A stretch of DNA of 29,250 bases. It comes from Octopus sinensis. Taxonomy: Eukaryota. Positions within the stretch are counted from its first letter, which is position 1, and the number at the start of each line of letters is the position of its first letter. The position numbers and the translations under genes were made by a program. The notes under the pieces are model-generated. The model saw only the letters and a list, made by a program, of their open reading frames with translations, had not been told where the DNA came from and searched no databases. Location of the stretch: positions 1 to 29,250 of the forward strand of contig NW_021833353.1 in assembly GCF_006345805.1 (NCBI RefSeq), given 5' to 3'. Positions 22,493-29,250 of the stretch are shown here, one piece after another.

Positions 22493-22942
22493 TAATAATA
22501 ATAATAATAATAATAATAAGTCGTACTAGTAGTATAGAAATAGTTGCTTCACAGAACTAGGCTGAAACTGTACGCAAAATCTAAGTGGTAACATTTGGCT
22601 GTGATGATAAATAAAATGAGTTGTATTGACAAGACCCCAGAAGAGATGTTGCGTGAGCTTTGTTTAAATTCTATCTTCAGAAATTTCTTCTTCAAAATTA
22701 TCGTTTGTGTGCTTCTTTGTTTGTGCAAATAATGTTGTTCTATTGTGAAGTTATATTTCCCCCCAAAGAGACTGCTTTGTTTGCCACTATTAATGAGCGA
22801 CGGACTCCTAGTGTTTAAAACAACATTTCAATGCAACGCAACGTACGTCTCACCTCTTTCACTCTTTCTCCGCAGTCTTAGGTTTTAAGACCTCTCTCGC
22901 CGACTACCATCCCTATGTCTACTCTACGTCCTCTCCTGTATT

Positions 22943-22983
<41 letters not shown>

Positions 22984-22985
22984 TA

Positions 22986-23019
<34 letters not shown>

Positions 23020-23073
23020 TATGTGTGTGTGTGTGTATTATATAGTATGTATGTATGTATGTATATATATGTA

Positions 23074-23112
<39 letters not shown>

Positions 23113-23263
23113 ATATATATAATATATATTGTATGTAAGTATGTATACGCTTGCTTTTATGTATGTAATATATATATATATATTATATATATACGTATAT
23201 AAATGTATATAATATAAGCATGCATGTATAGGTATATATATGTATATGTATGTATATATATAC

Positions 23264-23300
<37 letters not shown>

Positions 23301-23318
23301 CGTATCTCTCTCTCTCTC

Positions 23319-23376
<58 letters not shown>

Positions 23377-23440
23377 ATTATTATATATATATATATGTAG
23401 ATCATAAATATATTTATATATGGATGTATGCATATGTATG

Positions 23441-23474
<34 letters not shown>

Positions 23475-23556
23475 GCTTTATCTCTCTCTATATATATTTA
23501 GCAATCTCTGTCCCCGTCTCTCTCCCTCTTTCTCTTTCCCCCACTCTCTCACTTTC

Positions 23557-23590
<34 letters not shown>

Positions 23591-23727
23591 GAACGGTGAG
23601 TCCCCTATCAACTAAACATTGAAATAAAAGCCGTTGTGCAGAAAGGAGGTTTAGAAATTGTGTTTTGTTGTGAAACAAAAGCAAATAAACCCAGATATAT
23701 TGAAGCAATATTGAATGTTTCGCTCAC

Positions 23728-23845
23728 CGACAGCTCGCCTGGTCACAATGAATGGTGAACTCTATCGAAAATGGCTTTCTTTTCACTCTGTCTTCCCTGG
23801 ATGGATTGGAGACATTTTCAACCAAAAGATAGAGGAAATGCCTTA
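23728..23845 (-). CDS. Candidate 118-nt exon (RHFLYLLVENVSNPSREDRVKRKPFSIEFTIHCDQASC), coding or UTR
   Basis: Acceptor ttttattgaattccttcacag|, donor tcg|GTGAGC; one frame open. Confidence 0.3.
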
Positions 23846-24149
23846 CTGTGAAGGAATTCAATAAAAGTGAAAGTTCCAGAGTTAACTTTTACGCTCATCA
23901 TCACCATCACCATCACCATCACCATCACCATCACCGCCACCACCACCACACCACCACCACCACCACCACCACCACCACCACCACCACCACCATCATCATC
24001 ATCTTCATCATCATCGTCATCTTCGTCGTCGTTGCCGCTGCCGCCGGATGATGATGATGATGATAGAGACGATGATGGTGGTAATTATTTTGCTGGTGAG
24101 AACAACCATGATTACAAGAATGATAATTGTAATAATGATAATATTGGTT

Positions 24150-24385
24150 TACGATTTTGGCACAAGGCAAATAATTTCAGTGGTGGTTGGCATATGGGGT
24201 GGGGTGAGGAAGGGCTAACCGATTACATCGACCTCAATGCCCATTTGATACTTATTTTATCGACCCCAAAATGAAGAAAGGCAAAAATCAACCTCGGCAG
24301 AATTTGAACTAAGAACGTAAAGACGTACGAAATGCAACTAAGCATTTAGTCCAGCGAGCTAACGATTCTGATATTTCACCACCTT
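24150..24385 (-). mobile_element. Degenerate SINE family D, alternative-tail variant
   Basis: aacctcggcagaatttgaactaagaacgtaaagac...ctaacgattctg; ggcacaagg tail as at 27272. Confidence 0.75.
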
Positions 24386-24425
24386 GATGATGATGATGAT
24401 GATTATAATAATAATAATAATAATA

Positions 24426-24457
<32 letters not shown>

Positions 24458-24496
24458 GGAAGAAATGCTGCGAAGCCTTTTCCAACGCGCCATTGA

Positions 24497-25107
24497 TTCT
24501 TATTTCTTTATTGCCCACAAGTGGCTAAACATAGAGGAGACAAACAAGGACAGACAAGGGGGTTAAGTCGATTACATCGACCCCAATGCATAAGTGGTAT
24601 ATAATTTATCGACTCCGAAAGGACGAAAGGTAAAGTCGACCACGGCGGAATTTGAACTCAGAACGTAACGGCAGACGAAATACCTATTTCTTTACTACCC
24701 ACAAGGGGCTAAACACAGAGAGAACAAACAAGGACAGACAAACGGATTAAGTCGATTATATCGACCCCAGTGCGTAATTGGTACTTATTTAATCGACCCC
24801 GAAAGGATGAAAGGCAAAGTCGACCTCGGCGGAATTTGAACTCAGAACGTAGCGGCAGACGAAATACTTATCTATTTCTTTACTACCCACAAGGGGCCAA
24901 TCACAGAGAAGACAAACAAGGACAGACAAAGGGATTAAGTCGATTATATCGACCCCAGTGCGTAACTGGTACTTAACTTATCGATCCCGAAAAGACGAAA
25001 GGTAAAGATGACCTCGGCGGAATTTGAACTCAGAACGTAACGGCAGACGAAATATCGCTAAGCATTTCACCCGGTGTGCTAACGATTCTGCCAACTCACC
25101 ACCCTAA
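24497..25107 (-). mobile_element. Head-to-tail trimer of SINE family D (one complete head, three bodies)
   Basis: Units of ~185 bp at 24497-24684, 24685-24868 and 24869-25052; A-box part only at 25053-25107. Confidence 0.9.
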
Positions 25108-25288
25108 GTTTAAAGACGGACGAGAGGTTAATAAGCATTTTGTCCGGCGTACTAACGATTCTGCCTTGATAATAATGATACAGTCTTAAATTTTGGCAGT
25201 AGGCCAGCGTATTTTCTTTTTCCATGGGAGTGGTTAGTCGATTTCTTTGACTCCAGACACCAATTGGAGTTTATATTATAATATCGAC

Positions 25289-25523
25289 TAAGGCGGCGAG
25301 CTGGCAGAAACGTTAGCGCGCCGGGCGAAATGCGTAGCCGTATTTTGTCTGCCGTTACGTTCCGAATTCAAATTTCGCCGAGGTCGACTTTGCCTTTCAT
25401 CCTTTCGTGGTCGATATATTAAGTACCAGTTACGCACTGGGGTCGATGTAATCGACTTAATCCGTTTTGTCTGTCCTTGTTTGTCCCCTTTGTGTTTATC
25501 CCCTTGTGGATAGTAAAGAAACA
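25289..25523 (+). mobile_element. Full-length SINE family D
   Basis: 17-bp TSD tatattataatatcgac at 25272-25288 and 25524-25540. Confidence 0.93.
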
Positions 25524-25859
25524 TATATTATAATATCGACATTCAAAGGAGGAAACGTAAAGACCAGCTTAGCCATATTTCATCTCGGGATGTAAAACCG
25601 GAAGAAATGCTGCTAATCATAAGGTTATCAACATCATCGACCTTAGTAACAGACTGCTTCTTATTTCATCGACTGTGAAAGGATAAAATTTCGGAAAGTC
25701 GACCCTTTCTTTTGATCTGAAGCCAGAATATCAAAAGATGTAATTAAAAGCTAGATGGAATCATTTTCGGACGCTTTATTGAAGTGGTATAGCTCGAGTG
25801 AATACCACCTGGAGCGGTGTTTTAGTTTGCAGCGTCATCTCGGGGGCCCAAGGCTGTCT

Positions 25860-26590
25860 TTTATCGTATATCATTTACTTGTCTTAGTCATTAGACTGCG
25901 ACCAAGCTGGGGCACCGCCTTAAAGAGTTTTTCAGTACTTATTTTCCTTTTTCCATATCTGATACATATTCTTTCGGTCTTTTTTGTTGAACCGCTAAGT
26001 TATGGAGACGTGAACACACCAACAAGCGTTGGTTGGAGATAAACACAAGTACACACACACACACACCGCCGACACACACACACACACACACACACACACC
26101 ACACCACACTTGCGACAGGCTTTCAGTTTCTGTCTAACAAATCCATTCACAAGGCATTTTTTGTTTGTTTGTTCCTTCTTGAGCCATGCCTGGCTCATAA
26201 GGGCCGGTTTCCCGGTTTCTTGGCGTATAGGTTCCCCACCTGGACGGGACGCCAGTCCATCGCAGGTGAGCTGCAAGATGCAGGAGGAAAGAGTGAGAGA
26301 AAGTTGTGGCGAAAGAGTCAGCAGAAGTTCGCCATTACCTTGTGCTGGAGGTTAGGTGTTTTCGCTCATAAACACACACATCGCCTGGTCTGAGATTCGA
26401 ACCCGCGATCCCTCGACCGCGAGTCCGCTGTTCTAACCACTAGGCGATGTGCCTCCACATTCACAAGGCATTGGTCGGGCAGAGGCTATAAAAGAAGACA
26501 CTTGTCCAAGGTTCCACGCGGTGGGACTGAACACGGAACCACGAGGTTGGGAAACCAACTTTTAGCTACACAGCCACACCTGCGCCAATA
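25860..26590 (-). mobile_element. SINE family C interrupted by another SINE
   Basis: Family C sequence resumes after 26472. Confidence 0.85.
26159..26457 (-). mobile_element. SINE with head H1 and a V-domain-like 3' module
   Basis: Head shared with 2170-2367; 3' ctgcgatggactggcgtcccgtccagg resembles V-SINE domains (from memory); 15-bp TSD cattcacaaggcatt at 26144-26158 and 26458-26472. Confidence 0.9.
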
Positions 26591-26960
26591 TGTTTAACTA
26601 TTACCTACTCGATGTTTGGAAGAAGCACCTGTATTTAAAGAAGCTACAGAGTAATTACTACACAGTTGAGCCCAACACATAACAAACCACTTCACTTCAT
26701 AAAATACTCCTGTTGCAATCATTAGAACGGGATTATAGCAGCACTCTTGGCATGGAATGTAACGACGATTTGACAAGCAAATCGGGAAATGCAAACATTC
26801 AATCACAGACGTTTAAAAATAATAAAAATCAAATCAAAGGAAGCTTAAATAAATACAACATATATAAATAAATAAAACTCCAACAAAATTTAATAGAAAT
26901 TTTTTTAAGCAGAAAAAAAAAATGAGAAGAAAATCAAGGTTGTTAAAGTCATTTACTCAC

Positions 26961-27058
26961 CTGACAGCATTAAAGAAATCTTTCAAGTGTTTTGTTTCAA
27001 GTACATCGTACAGGTTTATGCGCATGTTTTCTGACGCGAAGTGTTTGTATATTACCTT
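26961..27058 (-). CDS. Candidate exon ending at a strong donor (VKVIYKHFASENMRINLYDVLETKHLKDFFNAV, or 5' UTR plus ATG at 26970)
   Basis: cag|GTGAGT at 26955-26960; one long open frame; no homology recognised. Confidence 0.25.
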
Positions 27059-27197
27059 AACCTCAAAGTGATTAATTCTTCACCTTGATGTGAGAAAGAC
27101 TCTTCATTTGAGCTCGCTAGTTACGTCACACTGTGCACATATACATGTGCATGGAATGTATACGTATACACTCATGCGCACACACATTTATACACAC

Positions 27198-27261
<64 letters not shown>

Positions 27262-27271
27262 TAATAATAAT

Positions 27272-27483
27272 CCTTTCTACTAAAGGCACAAGGCCTGAAA
27301 TTTTGGGGGAGGGGACTAGTCGATTGTATCGATCTCAGTGTTTCACTGGTACTTAATTTATTGACCCCGAGAGGATGAATGCCGAAGTGGACCTCGGCGG
27401 AATTTGAACTCAGAACGTAGCGGCAGACGAAATACCGCTAAGTATTTTGTCCGGCGAGCTAACGATTCTGCCAGCTCACAGCC

Positions 27484-27486
<3 letters not shown>
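27272..27486 (-). mobile_element. SINE family D alternative-tail variant, flanked by (AAT)n on both sides
   Basis: cctttctactaaaggcacaaggcctgaaattttggggg...gccagctcacagccttaa. Confidence 0.88.
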
Positions 27487-27540
<54 letters not shown>

Positions 27541-27560
27541 TAATAATAATAATAATAATA

Positions 27561-27714
27561 ACCCAGTACTCAACTGGTACTTAATTTATCGCCCCTGAAA
27601 GGATGAAAGGTAAAGTCGACCTCGGAGGAATTTGACCTCAGGACGTAAAGACGGACAAAATGCAGCTAAGCATCTTGCCCGGCGTACTAACGACTCTACC
27701 AGCTCACCGCCTTC

Positions 27715-27716
<2 letters not shown>
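27561..27716 (-). mobile_element. SINE family D, tail-truncated, flanked by (AAT)n
   Basis: gtcgacctcggaggaatttgacctcagg...ccagctcaccgcctt. Confidence 0.85.
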
Positions 27717-27749
<33 letters not shown>

Positions 27750-27979
27750 TGAGAAGAGCATTGTCGATGTGAGAACTGTTGCTGGTCATGTATTTTAATT
27801 TAACTTTAAAAAAAAAAAAAAAAATGAACGAACTACTGAGTTTGGTTTAATGGCCTACCAATGTATACTATGAGTTTCTTTGCCCTAGGAGTCGGGAAGA
27901 CACTCGGCAAGAAATGGAAGCAAATTTGAAAGAAGAAAAAAAAAAGTAATAATAATAATAATAATGATAATAATAATAA

Positions 27980-28092
27980 TACTTTATTACCTACAGGAGG
28001 CTAAACATAGAGGGGACAAACAAGGACAGACAAAGGGATTAAGTCAATTACATCGATCCCAGTGCGTAACTGGTACTTATTTAATCGACCCT
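27980..28092 (-). mobile_element. SINE family D 3' fragment
   Basis: gctaaacatagaggggacaaacaaggacagacaaagggattaagtc. Confidence 0.85.
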
Positions 28093-28134
28093 CCCCCCAC
28101 CGAAATAATAATGATGATGATTATTATGATAATA

Positions 28135-28590
28135 ATGCATCACAACCATATGTGCACGACAAGGTGATCTCGTATCAAGATTAACAGCGCATAACTTTGC
28201 AGGTGGGGCCCATTTAGAGTTTTCTTCTGGTCGAGTAGCCCATCCCGCTCAAAAGGTCCCTGAATAAGGATTGCTTAAGGATGTTGAACGAACCACTCAT
28301 GTTTCCAAAGGTGAATTATCCAAACCTCCAAGAATTCATTTCGACACACGGCTATGATGCTCCCCCTCTACTTCTGCTCGTGATCAGAGATGCAAATATC
28401 GTCAGCCACCAAGAGACATGGTCAACTGGTTAAGGTCAAACAACAGACAAGCAAATCTGCGGTATTGAGCAGAATATTTATTGTAGCCCATCTTTTATAC
28501 CAAGACAAAACAATTTACAATGGTAACACTTCCAATCAGTTAAGATCAGAAGCCACGAGAGCCACTGCTTGGTACTGCATCAGGGCATCA
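28135..28590 (+). mobile_element. Family E element, third copy
   Basis: Direct match to ~9290-9697 and extends further (agaagccacgagagccactgcttggtactgcatcagggc) into (CAT)n/(ATT)n. Confidence 0.88.
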
Positions 28591-28624
28591 TCATCATCGT
28601 CACCGTCATGATCATCACCACCAC

Positions 28625-28657
<33 letters not shown>

Positions 28658-28733
28658 TATGAATTATTATTATTTATTATATTATTATTATTATTATATT
28701 ATTATTATTATTATGATTATTATATTAGTATTA

Positions 28734-28770
<37 letters not shown>

Positions 28771-28777
28771 TATGTTA

Positions 28778-28821
<44 letters not shown>

Positions 28822-29250
28822 TATTATCATTATTATCATTATTATTATTATTATTTCTTTATTTGCAATACGCGCGACGGATGAGCGGATATTCAACAAC
28901 GGGTGGATCTTTATGGAGAATCGATCAATGATAATAATCGTCATAATAATGATGACTTTAATGAGTTGTAGAACGTCCCTTGGTCTATGTGTACTGAAGT
29001 GTTCTGGGACAGATATGAATATCGGTTTTCTTACAATGATACCGGAAGTTTGTGAACTAGAGCATCCTGTTATATAAAGGTTATGGGATGTAGTTAATTC
29101 TACTACCTTTATTCAACATCCTGTTGTAGTATATCTGTGTTCGTGGTTAATGAAGGATTACTTACTGTCGAAAATATAAAGACCCTTTCTTTTGAACAAT
29201 TGACAATCTAGTTGATAGTCGGTGGCATAGATATATATATAGATTATATA

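Noticed and set aside
24497-25107. CRISPR-like array
   Set aside because: The units are ~185-bp SINE bodies without unique spacers, in a eukaryotic context.
28914-29077. Short ORF with a signal-peptide-like start (MENRSMIIIVIIMMTLMSC...)
   Set aside because: The hydrophobic stretch comes from a degenerate (ATA/ATG) repeat; no other coding evidence.

Overview
Repeat-dominated eukaryotic DNA. The extreme microsatellite load and the tRNA-derived SINE families look like an Octopus genome; this is recognition from memory, not a database hit. Almost every ORF in the supplied track is a microsatellite artefact. Recognisable content: more than 20 SINE copies from several modular families (three insertions with clear 12-17 bp target-site duplications), a decayed Penelope-like retroelement (RT YRDD motif, Cys linker, GIY-YIG) at ~16.96-18.13 kb, an internally deleted Chapaev3-type DNA transposon at 9.7-10.9 kb bracketed by two inverted copies of a ~0.5 kb element, and two copies of a MITE-like element with hairpin-containing TIRs. 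The most interesting signal is at 19.78-20.38 kb: two divergently oriented short elements, each a tRNA-like Pol III head joined to a tail carrying a minimal type I hammerhead-ribozyme motif. Each copy is broken at a different position, together they reconstruct a complete motif, and stem II shows one compensatory base-pair change. A second, unrelated hammerhead-shaped motif lies at 20.70 kb. A few phase-compatible candidate exons on the minus strand may belong to a host gene that I cannot identify (low confidence).
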